A stretch of DNA of 63,321 bases, counting the filler, from Octopus bimaculoides (lineage: Eukaryota), in the NCBI RefSeq assembly GCF_001194135.2. It is 4 parts of 4 records of this genome, joined end to end, with 100 filler letters (N's around TTAATTAATTAA, not from the genome) between each part and the next. Parts side by side here need not be neighbours in the genome. Positions count along the whole stretch, not along the records: positions 1 to 20,826 come from NC_068988.1; positions 20,927 to 43,451 come from NC_069005.1; 2 more parts are not named here. The stretch is one strand, 5' to 3'. Positions 12,227 through 24,794 of this stretch are shown piece after piece; the stretch's first letter is position 1; every line of letters begins with the position of its first letter. Made by a program: the position numbers and the translations under genes. A model generated the notes under the pieces. The model did no database searches. It saw nothing but the letters and a program-made list of their open reading frames with translations, and was not told the origin of the DNA.

Positions 12227-12228
<2 letters not shown>
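11956..12228 (+). mobile_element. Fragment of a second hammerhead-bearing repeat (probably PLE-derived)
   Basis: Shares AATAATGGA.CTGCAA...CAATATC and CACCGTCTCTG(A/T)TGAAG...GAAACAGCTGTA...ATAAATGT with 42745-43160. Confidence 0.6.
12109..12156 (+). ncRNA. Minimal hammerhead ribozyme
   Basis: GTCT-CTGATGA-AGA-GATAT-AATAA-ATATC-CTG-GAAAC-AGCT-GTA-AGAC. Stem I is GTCT/AGAC and the stem III loop is palindromic (AGCT). Confidence 0.75.
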
Positions 12229-12286
<58 letters not shown>

Positions 12287-12288
12287 TA

Positions 12289-12677
12289 GCTGAAGGATTA
12301 AAATTAATCAAAGGACATACTAAGTATGTCTAGCTGCTGGAATATGTGTATCTCTCATGAATTATTTGCTCCGTATTGAAATTATTTTCATACTGGTGGC
12401 TGACATGATTCGGCAGAAAACGAATCGGTTGCAGCGCAGACTTTAACATGACGGGTTAAGGCTCCCTATCATGGTAACGTGTAATGAAGAAGGTGATGCT
12501 ATTATGCCAGCTGAGAAACCGGTCCACGTGAGTTCAAATACTTGTATATATGCTGAGAGATTGTCTTGATCTATTTGCCTTCGGACGGTTGATATCAGTG
12601 TATTTTCGCGATTTAAATAAGAGCTGGAGCAAGTAGATATACTTAGTATGCCCTTTGATTAATTTTAATCCTTCAGC
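12289..12677. mobile_element. MITE with ~45-bp TIRs and TA target duplication
   Basis: GCTGAAGGATTAAAATTAATCAAAGG(A/G)CATACTAAGTAT(G/A)TCTA is inverted at both ends; TA at 12287-12288 and 12678-12679. Confidence 0.85.
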
Positions 12678-13440
12678 TATTTAATGATTTTTTGGGGGCC
12701 TGCAATCGTCTATATTATTGTTTCTGTTATTATCATTTGTAAATTGTTACACTAGATAATAATAGAGCCAATAATATCTTCGCAAATTATTTTTTCGTGG
12801 ATTATTTTTNNNNNNNNNNNNNNNNNNNNNNNNNNNNNNNNNNNNNNNNNNNNNNNNNNNNNNNNNNNNNNNNNNNNNNNNNNNNNNNNNNNNNNNNNNN
12901 NNNNNNNNNNNNNNNNNNNNNNNNNNNNNNNNNNNNNNNNNNNNNNNNNNNNNNNNNNNNNNNNNNNNNNNNNNNNNNNNNNNNNNNNNNNNNNNNNNNN
13001 NNNNNNNNNNNNNNNNNNNNNNNNNNNNNNNNNNNNNNNNNNNNNNNNNNNNNNNNNNNNNNNNNNNNNNNNNNNNNNNNNNNNNNNNNNNNNNNNNNNN
13101 NNNNNNNNNNNNNNNNNNNNNNNNNNNNNNNNNNNNNNNNNNNNNNNNNNNNNNNNNNNNNNNNNNNNNNNNNNNNNNNNNNNNNNNNNNNNNNNNNNNN
13201 NNNNNNNNNNNNNNNNNNNNNNNNNNNNNNNNNNNNNNNNNNNNNNNNNNNNNNNNNNNNNNNNNNNNNNNNNNNNNNNNNNNNNNNNNNNNNNNNNNNN
13301 NNNNNNNNNNNNNNNNNNNNNNNNNNNNNNNNNNNNNNNNNNNNNNNNNNNNNNNNNNNNNNNNNNNNNNNNNNNNNNNNNNNNNNNNNNNNNNNNNNNN
13401 NNNNNNNNNNNNNNNNNNNNNNNNNNNNNNNNNNNNNNNN

Positions 13441-15975
13441 AGAAAAGATTTATCGATTCCAACGAAATTAGTAGACAATCAACACAACTAAGTAACAAGA
13501 AGAAAACAAAAATACTGTACAAATACAACATTACAGAAAAAGACTTACCTGAGGCAAAAGAAAAGCTAAAGCAAGATATCCTGGCCAAAGCACAAAGCAT
13601 CCGCCGGTATGAGAAACGCCATCGTTTATTTGAACAAAACAAACAGTTCAAATCCAACCCCCCAAAAAACTCTACCAAGAACTGGGTAAAAATAAAATAG
13701 ACATTACTGCAGTACCAACAACAGAAGAACTGGAAGAATTCTGGAAAGAAATATGGTCGGTGAAGCAACAACCCCAGAAAAGGACCATTAAAACAACGAA
13801 CTTAGCACCTGAGCAACTCTGGACCCCTATAACAACTGAAGAGGTCACCGAGACACTGAAAAGGCTAAGTAACTGGAAGGCACCTGGGCACGACAAGATC
13901 CCCAACTTCTGGTTAAAACACCTGACAGGATTGCACAAAAAGCTGGCAGAAGACTTTAACAACATACTAGCAGAGCCAGAGACAATGCCCGAATGGCTCA
14001 TGAAAAGGAAAACTATCTTAATTCCCAAATCCACGGAAACGGAGAAACCACAAAACTACAGACCTATAAACTGTCTCCCTACAATCTACAAAGCCTTTAC
14101 TGCAATAGTATCGCAGAGATTGAGTAAGCACCTGGAAAATAACAACCTGTTTCCAGAAGAGCAGAAGAGATGCTGCAAGGGCTCATACGGCTGTAAAGAT
14201 CAATTATTGATCAATAAAGCCATAACTGAAGACAGCTGCAGAAAGAAGAAAGGCCTCAGTATGGACTGGGTGGACTAACAAAAGGCTTTCGACAGTGTTC
14301 CCCACACGTGGATTCTCGAAACACTAGCCATAAACAAGGTGGCACCAATTATTATAAAATACATAAGGCACTCTATGAATAAATGGCAGACAGTGATACA
14401 GCTCCAAACAAAAGAGGGACTTGTGAAAACGAGGGCCATCCCCATTAGAAGAGGAATATTTCAGGGAGACACGTTCTCTCCACTCCTGTTCTGCCTGGCA
14501 CTCACACCTTTCACTGAATTGCTAAATAGAACTGGTTGCGGATACAAATGTTACGGCAAAACAGACAGCCACCTTTTATAAATGGATGACCTAAATTTTA
14601 CGCTAGAAATGACAAAGAGCTGGAAACACTACTATAGACAGTACATGGCTTTACTAAGGAAATAGATATGAAATTCGGATTAGAAAAATATGCCAAAGCA
14701 ACCCTGAAAAGAGGAAAATTAGTTAAAAGTAGCAACATCACACTAGATAAAGCCAATGAAATAAGAGAACTAGACGAAAGCCAACCATACAAATATTTAG
14801 GAGTCAATGAACTAGATAGGATACAACACACACAAATGAAATAAAAAATAAAGAAAGAATACTATAGACGAGTTAGAACAATACTAAAAACAGAGCTCAA
14901 TGCTAAAAACAAGATATAAAACAAATGAAATCCAAACTAAAACTAGAACAGCAACGGACCATGATAAAACGATGGCAAGAAAAGCCCCTACATNNNNNNN
15001 NNNNNNNNNNNNNNNNNNNNNNNNNNNNNNNNNNNNNNNNNNNNNNNNNNNNNNNNNNNNNNNNNNNNNNNNNNNNNNNNNNNNNNNNNNNNNNNNNNNN
15101 NNNNNNNNNNNNNNNNNNNNNNNNNNNNNNNNNNNNNNNNNNNNNNNNNNNNNNNNNNNNNNNNNNNNNNNNNNNNNNNNNNNNNNNNNNNNNNNNNNNN
15201 NNNNNNNNNNNNNNNNNNNNNNNNNNNNNNNNNNNNNNNNNNNNNNNNNNNNNNNNNNNNNNNNNNNNNNNNNNNNNNNNNNNNNNNNNNNNNNNNNNNN
15301 NNNNNNNNNNNNNNNNNNNNNNNNNNNNNNNNNNNNNACACGACAGAGCTGGGACCTATATACACTGGAAGCTATGCCAACACTATGGAATAACGACAGA
15401 AAAAAAGATGGTATAAACACACGCCAGAAAAGGTCACAGAAAACGAGAAAGCAACCATACTCTGGGATATGCCAATACACACAGATAGAGAAATTAAGGC
15501 CAATAGACACAGTTAGAGAAATTAAGGCAAATAGACCAGATATAGTTGTCAAAGATCATGAAGAAAAAAAATGCTTTCTAATTGATGTATCAATACCAGC
15601 AGATAATAACGTTTCCCTAAAAGAAATGGAAAAACTTTCAAAATATGAATTCCTGGAAATAGAGGTAACTCGAATGTGGAATCTAAAAACAGAAACAATT
15701 CCTATCATGGTAGGTACCTTAGGTATAATAAAAAAAATATTCAGACAAATACATAACAAAAACACCAGGACTTACAAATATATATAACATACAGAAAATT
15801 GCACTACTGGGCACTGCACACATCCTACGCAAAACACTTTCAATACAGTAACCATGAGAGCATCACAGCAAACCACAGCACATACCCAAGGCGCACCGAG
15901 CTGCGCTCGGTAGTGAAGAGAAAGCACGTTATAAAAATAAAACTACTGAACAATAATAATAATAACAATAATAAT
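13441..15975 (+). mobile_element. R4/Dong-type RLE LINE, copy A (5' end in gap, internal deletion at ~14910)
   Basis: WKAPGHD, NYRPINCLPTIYK, KAFDSVPH, RGIFQGDTFSPLLF, HDRAGTYIHWKLC and RPDIVV..CFLIDVSIP..KLSKY motifs; (AAT)n tail at 15952-15975. Confidence 0.9.
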
Positions 15976-16635
15976 ATCAAGAACAACCAACAAGGGAGAA
16001 GAAACCCTACTCCGCATGGAATTACATGGTTAGTTCCACCGTGAAACCAACAAATTAAGACACCAGGAAACATCATGGAGGTGGCTAAACTAGGGTGATC
16101 TAAAAAAGAATACTGAATGCCCAGGACCATGCATTGAATACCAACTCAGTGAAAAAGAATATAGACCGCAGAAGTGCAATGGGCCTCTGCAGAATGTGTG
16201 GGAAGAGGGTCAAAAGCGTTACTCACATTGTTAGTGCTTGTGAAAGTCTTCTGCAGAAAGAGTACAAGCTTAAACACGACAAGGTAGTCCAAAACCTTCA
16301 CTGGTTACTATGCCGTAAGTATGGATATAAAGTAACGGGTGTTTGGTACTAACATACACAGGAAAAGGTAATGGGCGAAAAGGGGAAGCAATAATTCTCT
16401 GGGACTTTGACTTCCAGACAGTCAAGGTATTGTTGCATCGAAGCCCAGATATAGTAACCTTTAGAAGAGACAAAGAAGCGTGCCTAATAATATGACGTGG
16501 CCAGATCAGCATATTATCATGAAAGAAAGAGAAAAAGTTGATAAATATGGAGACCTGAGAATTGAGATCGCAAAGACGTCTATAATAGTAATTGTATACT
16601 GTGCGACATCTATAATAGTAATAATAATAATGATG

Positions 16636-16712
<77 letters not shown>
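15976..16712 (+). mobile_element. R4/Dong-type LINE 3' fragment (different subfamily) with long (TAA)n tail
   Basis: CRMCGKRVKSVTHIVSAC...KHDKVVQNLHWLLC, PDIV and KVDKYGDLRIEI motifs; (TAA)n at 16618-16712. Confidence 0.8.
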
Positions 16713-16715
<3 letters not shown>

Positions 16716-18940
16716 CTTGTCTCCCTACAATCTACAAAGCCTTTACTGCAATAATATCGCAGAGATTGAGTGAGCACCTGGAAGATATCTACCTGTTTCC
16801 TGAAGAGCAGAAGGGTTGCTGCAAGGGCTCATACGGCTGTAAAGATCAATTAATGATCAATAAAGCCATAACTGAAGACAGCCGCAGAAAGAAGAAAGGC
16901 CTCAGTATGGCCTGGATCGACAACCGAAAGGCTTTCGACAGTGTTCCCCACACGTGGATCCTCGAAGCACTAGCCATAAACAAGGTGGCAAAAATTATTA
17001 TAAAATACATAAGGCACTCTATGAATAAATGGCAGACAGTGCTACAGCTCCAAACAAAAGAGGGACTTGTGAAAACGAAAGCCAACCCCATTAGAAGAGG
17101 AATATTCCAGGGAGACACGCTCTCTCCACTCCTGTTCTGTCTGGCACTCACACCTTTCACTGAATNNNNNNNNNNNNNNNNNNNNNNNNNNNNNNNNNNN
17201 NNNNNNNNNNNNNNNNNNNNNNNNNNNNNNNNNNNNNNNNNNNNNNNNNNNNNNNNNNNNNNNNNNNNNNNNNNNNNNNNNNNNNNNNNNNNNNNNNNNN
17301 NNNNNNNNNNNNNNNNNNNNNNNNNNNNNNNNNNNNNNNNNNNNNNNNNNNNNNNNNNNNNNNNNNNNNNNNNNNNNNNNNNNNNNNNNNNNNNNNNNNN
17401 NNNNNNNNNNNNNNNNNNNNNNNNNNNNNNNNNNNNNNNNNNNNNNNNNNNNNNNNNNNNNNNNNNNNNNNNNNNNNNNNNNNNNNNNNNNNNNNNNNNN
17501 NNNNNNNNNNNNNNNNNNNNNNNNNNNNNNNNNNNNNNNNNNNNNNNNNNNNNNNNNNNNNNNNNNNNNNNNNNNNNNNNNNNNNNNNNNNNNNNNNNNN
17601 NNNNNNNNNNNNNNNNNNNNNNNNNNNNNNNNNNNNNNNNNNNNNNNNNNNNNNNNNNNNNNNNNNNNNNNNNNNNNNNNNNNNNNNNNNNNNNNNNNNN
17701 NNNNNNNNNNNNNNNNNNNNNNNNNNNNNNNNNNNNNNNNNNNNNNNNNNNNNNNNNNNNNNNNNNNNNNNNNNNNNNNNNNNNNNNNNNNNNNNNNNNN
17801 NNNNNNNNNNNNNNNNNNNNNNNNNNNNNNNNNNNNNNNNNNNNNNNNNNNNNNNNNNNNNNNNNNNNNNNNNNNNNNNNNNNNNNNNNNNNNNNNNNNN
17901 NNNNNNNNNNNNNNNNNNNNNNNNNNNNNNNNNNNNNNNNNNNNNNNNNNNNNNNNNNNNNNNNNNNNNNNNNNNNNNNNNNNNNNNNNNNNNNNNNNNN
18001 NNNNNNNNNNNNNNNNNNNNNNNNNNNNNNNNNNNNNNNNNNNNNNNNNNNNNNNNNNNNNAGAAGAAGAAGAAGAAGAAGAAGAAGAAGAAGAAGAAGA
18101 AGAAGAAGAAGAAACAACAAAAGCTATAAAACAAATGAAATCCAAACTAAAACTAGAACAGCAACGGACCATGATAAAACGATGGCAAGAAAAGCCCCTA
18201 CATAGTAAATACTGGGCTAAACTAAATGCAAAAGAAATAGACAGAGAAAAATCCCAGCAATGGTTGAGAAGCTCAGGACTCAAAGCAGATTCTGAAGGAT
18301 TCTTAATTGCTGCACAAGGCCAAAGCCTCCTCACCAGAAATTACCAAACACATATAATGAAAAGAAACATAACAAGTAACTCCAGAATATGTGGCAATGG
18401 ACAAAAAACAATAAATCATATCATCTCTGGTTGCCCAGTCCTAGCTAAGAATGGATATATTCACAGACATGACAGAGCTGGGACCTATATACACTGGAAT
18501 CTATGCCAACACTATGGAATAACAACAGAAAAAAAGATGGTATAAACACACGCCAGAAAAGGTCACAGAAAACGAGAAAGCAACCATACTCTGGGATATG
18601 CCAATAGACACAGATAGAGAAATTAAGGCCAATAGACACAGTTAGAGAAATTAAGGCCAATAGACCAGATATAGTTGTCAAAGATCATTAAGGAAAAAAT
18701 GCTTTCTAATTGATGTATCAATACCAGCAGATGACAACGTTTCCCTAAACGAAATGGAGAAACTTTCAAAATACAAAGACCTGGAAATAGAGGTAACTCG
18801 AATGTGGAATCTAAAAACAGAAACAATTCCTATCATAGTAGGTGCCTTAGGTATAATAAAAAAGTATTCAGACAAATACATAACAAAAACACCAGGACTT
18901 ACAAATATATATAACATACAGAAAATTGCACTACTGGGCA
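16713..18940 (+). mobile_element. R4/Dong-type LINE, copy C (5'-truncated, near-identical to copy A)
   Basis: Starts directly after the (TAA)n tract at the CLPTIYKAF region; carries RT and RLE motifs; (GAA)n expansion at 18062-18113. Confidence 0.9.
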
Positions 18941-19660
18941 NNNNNNNNNNNNNNNNNNNNNNNNNNNNNNNNNNNNNNNNNNNNNNNNNNNNNNNNNNNN
19001 NNNNNNNNNNNNNNNNNNNNNNNNNNNNNNNNNNNNNNNNNNNNNNNNNNNNNNNNNNNNNNNNNNNNNNNNNNNNNNNNNNNNNNNNNNNNNNNNNNNN
19101 NNNNNNNNNNNNNNNNNNNNNNNNNNNNNNNNNNNNNNNNNNNNNNNNNNNNNNNNNNNNNNNNNNNNNNNNNNNNNNNNNNNNNNNNNNNNNNNNNNNN
19201 NNNNNNNNNNNNNNNNNNNNNNNNNNNNNNNNNNNNNNNNNNNNNNNNNNNNNNNNNNNNNNNGAAATTTTACTGCCATACAAAGCACAGGTTCTCCTAT
19301 GCACGATGTCTCAGTGAAACACGTGCGATCACACACGCAAAATCAACACCGGAAAGTTTACAAACTATAAAAAAGAAATGGAACAAAATAGTAAGTACAT
19401 ATATTGAATAATTACGCATACACTCGAACGTTTACACAATGATATATACGTTTTGATACCCATAGAACTACACATGCGTCTTAATGTTTACACAACTACG
19501 TAAAATTCACAGGACACACTCACGCATACGAAAACACATATCACAAACGAAGCAAAAACAAAACTTTTTGTTTCTTTATTTATTTTCATTTTGTGAACAA
19601 ACACAGACAGAGGGAACCATTCATAAGATTAAAACGCCACAAAAAAAAAAAAAATACACT

Positions 19661-20412
19661 ATGCCCGGAGATAAATCTATCAACAAAAAATATACAGACG
19701 AATACCGATCTGCTAGCCTTAAGAAACTGCGCTACGAGCAATGTTTACATGCTGAGAACTCGGTGACGGTGTTGTCTCAAAAAAATTGACCCTAAACAGA
19801 CAAATCCGTCCCCTAATGTCAACGCCAAAGCTCGCCATGCCTCAATGATAACAAAGCAGATTACAAACCAGATTGGTCGTCGACCGAATCACAAAGGGCC
19901 ACGTACTCGACATAGATCTGTTAGCCTTAAGAAGCTGCGTCACGAGAGCCCGGAGACGGTGTTGTCTCAAAAAAGTAACCCTAAACAGACAGATCCGTTC
20001 CCTAGCGTCAACGTCGAAGCTTGTTATGCCTCACTGTTAACAAAACAAAACACAAACCGAAATGGTCACCGACCGGATTATAAAGGACCACGTACTCGAA
20101 TGATGAACCAGATTCGAGACGAGAAATCTNNNNNNNNNNCGACCGGATTATAAAGGACCACGTACTCGAATGATGAACCAGATTCGAGACGAGAAATCTG
20201 CTACTGGTTCAAATCTTCTCGACACACAGGAGCTGGAAGTACCCCACAACCGGAATATTCCAACAGATGGCCATCCATGCTCATCACCAAACAATGAAAA
20301 GAAAAAGAGGAAAAATGGTCTAGGGAAGATAATAAAGAAGTTCTTACGGCCTACTACCATGCCATATATTTCCCCACAAATAAATCATTCGATTAAGTAC
20401 AAACCTACTTAA
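19661..20412 (+). other. Coding-like region built from a ~190-207-bp diverged tandem duplication
   Basis: Units at ~19702-19908 and 19909-20099 keep one frame (RS.SLKKLR.E...TVLSQK.NPKQT.P.P.VN...ASL.TKQ.TN..G.RP..KGPRTR); one A-run frameshift near 19780. Confidence 0.4.
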
Positions 20413-20826
20413 ACTGGAGACAGAAACTTTACAACGATGTTTTGCAAAATCCTAGTATGATGCCCTCTTGGCTAGTTAATGGTTTAACATTCCTGCTTCC
20501 AAAAAATGAGGAAACAAACGAACCAAAAAATTATCGCAATGCAAACCCGTGCTAAAATTGCTGCCTTAGATACTATGACTGATAAATGGCTTGGAAAACC
20601 TCTCAATGGCAAATACCCAAAGAGAGCGAATAATGCAGATATTGACAAAGCCTTTACCCATCAATGGCTAATGACCTCTGGCTTGAAATCAGAAACAGAG
20701 GGTTTTATCATAGCAGCCCAAGATCAATGCCTACCTTCAAAGAACTACCAGGCCAACATATTAAAGAACGGCAGCTCCCCATTATGTCGTATATGCCAAC
20801 AACAAAATGAGACCATCGATCATGTT
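20290..20826 (+). mobile_element. R4/Dong-type LINE with multiple internal deletions (no RT core)
   Basis: N-terminal KWSREDNKEVLTAYY, then LTFLLPKNEETNEPKNYR, then directly KWLGKPLNGKYP..GLKSETEGFIIAAQDQ..CRICQQQNETIDHV. Confidence 0.8.
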
Positions 20827-21524
20827 NNNNNNNNNNNNNNNNNNNNNNNNNNNNNNNNNNNNNNNNNNNNTTAATTAATTAANNNNNNNNNNNNNNNNNN
20901 NNNNNNNNNNNNNNNNNNNNNNNNNNTATATATATATATATATATATATATATCTGTATGCATCTGTCTCTAAATATATGTGTGTGTGTGTGGATATAAG
21001 TCTTCTATAAACGAAGTATTTTGACTGCGAAACGAGCAATAATTACTCATAATAAACGAGTTAAAAGCGACTAAGAAAAAAACAAACAGAAAAACACTTG
21101 AACAGAAAACTAAAAAGCAGAAGGCCACCCGCGGGAGTTGAATCATGCATCTGCAGTAAACGAAGCAGTAGATGCATGGCTCGAATCTCAGATGGATTCT
21201 ACCTTTTTCCGTCTAAGAAAATTATTAATGTTTGATTCTCGGTCAGAAGAATTTCCGTAGGGAAATTTTTTTTACATATTTATGAAAAATGTACGATTTA
21301 GTTAATCTTATTAGCAAATGAAATACATGTAATAGGGATTAAGTAATACCAAAAAAGTTTCCATATTACTGTTTTGTTATATAATAATATTTCCAGAAAT
21401 TTCCAGAACTTTAAAATGTATCTCACACAAATACAATAACAACTACACGCCACATTGTAATACTGTAATAAGCAGATGTGCTCCAGGAGGATACAGCTTG
21501 GATTTTGCCCTCCCTACATAAAAT

Positions 21525-21745
21525 TGTGTGTGTGTGTGTATTTGTGTGTGTGTGTGTGTGTGTATGTGTGTGTGTGTGTGTATGCGTACGTGCCTATGAG
21601 TATGTATGTATGCGCATATGTATGTATGCATTCATGCATGTATGTATGTATGTATGTATGTATGTGTGTATGCATGTATGCGCGTATGTATGTATGTATG
21701 TATGTATGTGTGTATGCATGTATGCGCGTATGTATGTATATGTGT
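21525..21745. repeat. (TG)n/(TATG)n compound microsatellite
   Basis: Visible directly. Confidence 0.9.
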
Positions 21746-21774
21746 CTTTGTATTTGCGTTTGATCCTAACATCG

Positions 21775-21932
21775 TTTTACAACCAGTTGGTGTGTGTTTA
21801 CGTCAGCATAACTTAGCGCTTCGGCAACAAGATGCCGATAGAATAAGTTTCAGGCTTACCAAAAAAATAAGTACTAACGTCGATTTCATGCTCCAGTACG
21901 GCCGCAGTCTAAAGACTGAAACAAATGAAAGA
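21775..21932 (+). mobile_element. SINE family A, 3' fragment
   Basis: TAACTTAGCG.TTCGGCAA..GATAGAATAAGT..GCTCCAG.A.GGCCGCAGTC..GACTGAAACAA matches the other family-A copies in the window. Confidence 0.8.
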
Positions 21933-22025
21933 TATATATGTATATATATGTGTATATAAAACACACATATATATATATAGTTTACTGTTACGTTACAGGT
22001 AAGATCAACAAAATGGTACTCCCTC

Positions 22026-22543
22026 CACAGTATTTAAATAAGAGCTTCTAATGGTTTCATGCCATGGAGCCACGATAAATTCGGCAAATTTTTATAACGT
22101 GCCTTGTGTCTCCAAGCAATCGTTTAAGTTCTGTGCTGCTTGAAAACCAGGACGCTGATCCATGAGAAAACATGAGAACGTTGACGCAAAAAGTGGAACA
22201 CGAAGACTAAGTTTGAATATAAACGGGAAAACAAAGGAAAGAAAACTAAGGAAGAAAAGAAAAGAGTAGAAAACAAAGAGTTATTCGGTTTATTTATTTA
22301 TTTATTTCGTTTTTCATTTTTATTTATTCGTTGTCTTCTCGTTTCAGGTTTTGCAACAAACCTCTTTTTTTTTCTTGTGGTTTCTGCAAGGACCACTGTC
22401 GTGGTTTTCAAACGTGACGAATGTGCGTTGTGCCCAAACGACTGCCTGGAGATTTTATATAAGGCTATTTTATATATAAAAAAAATCCGAATATCGTATC
22501 TTCATGGCATGGAACTATTAGTGGTTTCCATTTAAATACCGTG
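22026..22543. mobile_element. Old MITE with imperfect ~55-bp TIRs
   Basis: CAC(A/G)GTATTTAAAT...CTAAT(G/A)GTT(T/C)CATGCCATG(G/A)AG..ACGATA is inverted at both ends; no clear TSD. Confidence 0.7.
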
Positions 22544-22559
22544 TACATTAAATGATATA

Positions 22560-22682
22560 TACTTGCGTGTGTGTGTGTATGCACATGTAAATATTATATG
22601 TGTGTGTGCGTGTGTGTGAGTGTGTGTGTGTGTTTATATATTAACATATGCGTATACATACACATATATACATATATATATT

Positions 22683-22724
<42 letters not shown>

Positions 22725-22871
22725 TATGTATAAGCATATATATTCACATATGTATATATATTCAAATACATATATAATATATATTTTATATATATGTATA
22801 TGTATGTATATATTCACATGTATGCATACGTATATATATAAATATACATATTTGTGTGTGTAAGTGTACTA

Positions 22872-22915
<44 letters not shown>

Positions 22916-23379
22916 ACACACACACTTTCTTTCTTATATATGCATACATACATGCATACATACATACAGATATATACACATATATATGTATGTATGTAAC
23001 AGCGTGAAATGTATAACAGTTTTGTATGCGTATTTACACAGCATACGCCGAATATCTATACTGAATATCTATATAAATAAACTTACATCAGTTTAGTCAT
23101 AATTTTGCGTAGCTTGCCGTATCTGCTTCTTGATGGCGTAGAAATGTCTATGCGTGTGTAATTGTATTAGGATTTTGTGTCAACAGGTATACATGCATGT
23201 GTATAAAAGTGTGTTTATCTATATCTATTTCTGTCTCGGAGCTTATGGAATATGTATCTCTATATTTGAATTGAAATCATGACTATTCTGAATCTTTCTA
23301 CATCGGAATATTATATACACTCTTCATATTATCAATATAAATGTCTTCAAAGTTTTGAAGAAAGCGAATCACAGAAAAG

Positions 23380-23425
<46 letters not shown>

Positions 23426-23651
23426 AGTGTGTGTGTGTGTGTTTGNNNNNNNNNNTGTGAGTGTGTGTGTGTGTGTTTGTGTGTATGTGAGTGTGTGTGT
23501 GCGTGTATGTGTTTGTGTATGCCTGTGTGTTTGTGTGTGTGCGTGTATGTGTGTGTATATATACATACGTATGTGTGTATCTGTATATATATATTTATGT
23601 ATAACGCACACACACACACACATATATGCATACATACATATATATGTGCAT

Positions 23652-23698
<47 letters not shown>
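22560..23698. repeat. Compound (TA)/(TG)/(CT)/(CA) microsatellite field
   Basis: Visible directly, interspersed with short unique stretches. Confidence 0.85.
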
Positions 23699-24429
23699 NN
23701 NNNNNNNNNNNNNNNNNNNNNNNNNNNNNNNNNNNNNNNNNNNNNNNNNNNNNNNNNNNNNNNNNNNNNNNNNNNNNNNNNNNNNNNNNNNNNNNNNNNN
23801 NNNNNNNNNNNNNNNNNNNNNNNNNNNNNNNNNNNNNNNNNNNNNNNNNNNNNNNNNNNNNNNNNNNNNNNNNNNNNNNNNNNNNNNNNNNNNNNNNNNN
23901 NNNNNNNNNNNNNNNNNNNNNNNNNNNNNNNNNNNNNNNNNNNNNNNNNNNNNNNNNNNNNNNNNNNNNNNNNNNNNNNNNNNNNNNNNNNNNNNNNNNN
24001 NNNNNNNNNNNNNNNNNNNNNNNNNNNNNNNNNNNNNNNNNNNNNNNNNNNNNNNNNNNNNNNNNNNNNNNNNNNNNNNNNNNNNNNNNNNNNNNNNNNN
24101 NNNNNNNNNNNNNNNNNNNNNNNNNNNNNNNNNNNNNNNNNNNNNNNNNNNNNNNNNNNNNNNNNNNNNNNNNNNNNNNNNNNNNNNNNNNNNNNNNNNN
24201 NNNNNNNNNNNNNNNNNNNNNNNNNNNNNNNNNNNNNNNNNNNNNNNGTAGTCCCCGGTTATTTTTTTATTCTGACACCTTATGTTAATGGACTCTATTT
24301 ATCGAACTGTTGATGTAATGGTTGTAAAGCAATACAAAACTGACTGCTGAGGGAGCTTTGACTGATGTGAGTAGAAGTACACGCGTGTGTGAAAATATAA
24401 CGATAACTTTATTTGGATAGGTACATTTC

Positions 24430-24794
24430 TGGCTGTGTGGTAAGGAGCTTTCTTCTCAGTCTCGCAGTCCCCGGTTCTGTCCTACTGCTTAGTACCTAGT
24501 ATAAGTGGGTTTTTTTTTACTATAGCCTCGGGTCGACCAAAGCCTTGTGAGTGGACTTGGTAGACGGACACTGAAAGAAGCCTGTCGAGTGTGTGTGTGT
24601 ATATGATCGTGCCTGGGTTTGTCCTCCACCACCGCTTCACAACAGGTGTTGTATTTACATCTTCAGAGATTAGCGGTTCGCAAGACATCAATAGAATAAG
24701 TATCAGGCTTAACAAAAAAAGTAAGTACTGATGTTGATGCATTTGACCAAAACATCTTCAAGGCCGCAGTCTAATGACTGGAACAAGTAAAAGA
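24430..24794 (+). mobile_element. SINE family A (tRNA-derived, octopus-type)
   Basis: TGGCTGTGTGGTAAG head, CCGGTTC B-box-like motif, CTATAGCCTCGGG.CGACCAAAGCCTTGTGAGTGG body, GACTG.AACAAGTAAAAGA tail. Confidence 0.85.

Noticed and set aside
16618-16712. Regular short repeats considered as CRISPR or satellite arrays
   Set aside because: They are simple trinucleotide tails of LINEs; there is no repeat-spacer structure anywhere in the window.
20069-20200. Exact ~60-bp duplication on both sides of a 10-N gap
   Set aside because: Typical unmerged contig overlap, so an assembly artefact.
20827-20926. TTAATTAATTAA islands inside N runs (also 43496-43507 and 58080-58091)
   Set aside because: Each is 44 N + 12 nt + 44 N = 100 bp with stops in all frames. 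This is a synthetic gap placeholder, not biology, and adjacency across these points is uncertain.
21125-21200. Short hairpin (CATGCAT..ATGCATG) with tRNA B-box-like strings
   Set aside because: It forms no cloverleaf, and the stem is too short and irregular for a pre-miRNA.
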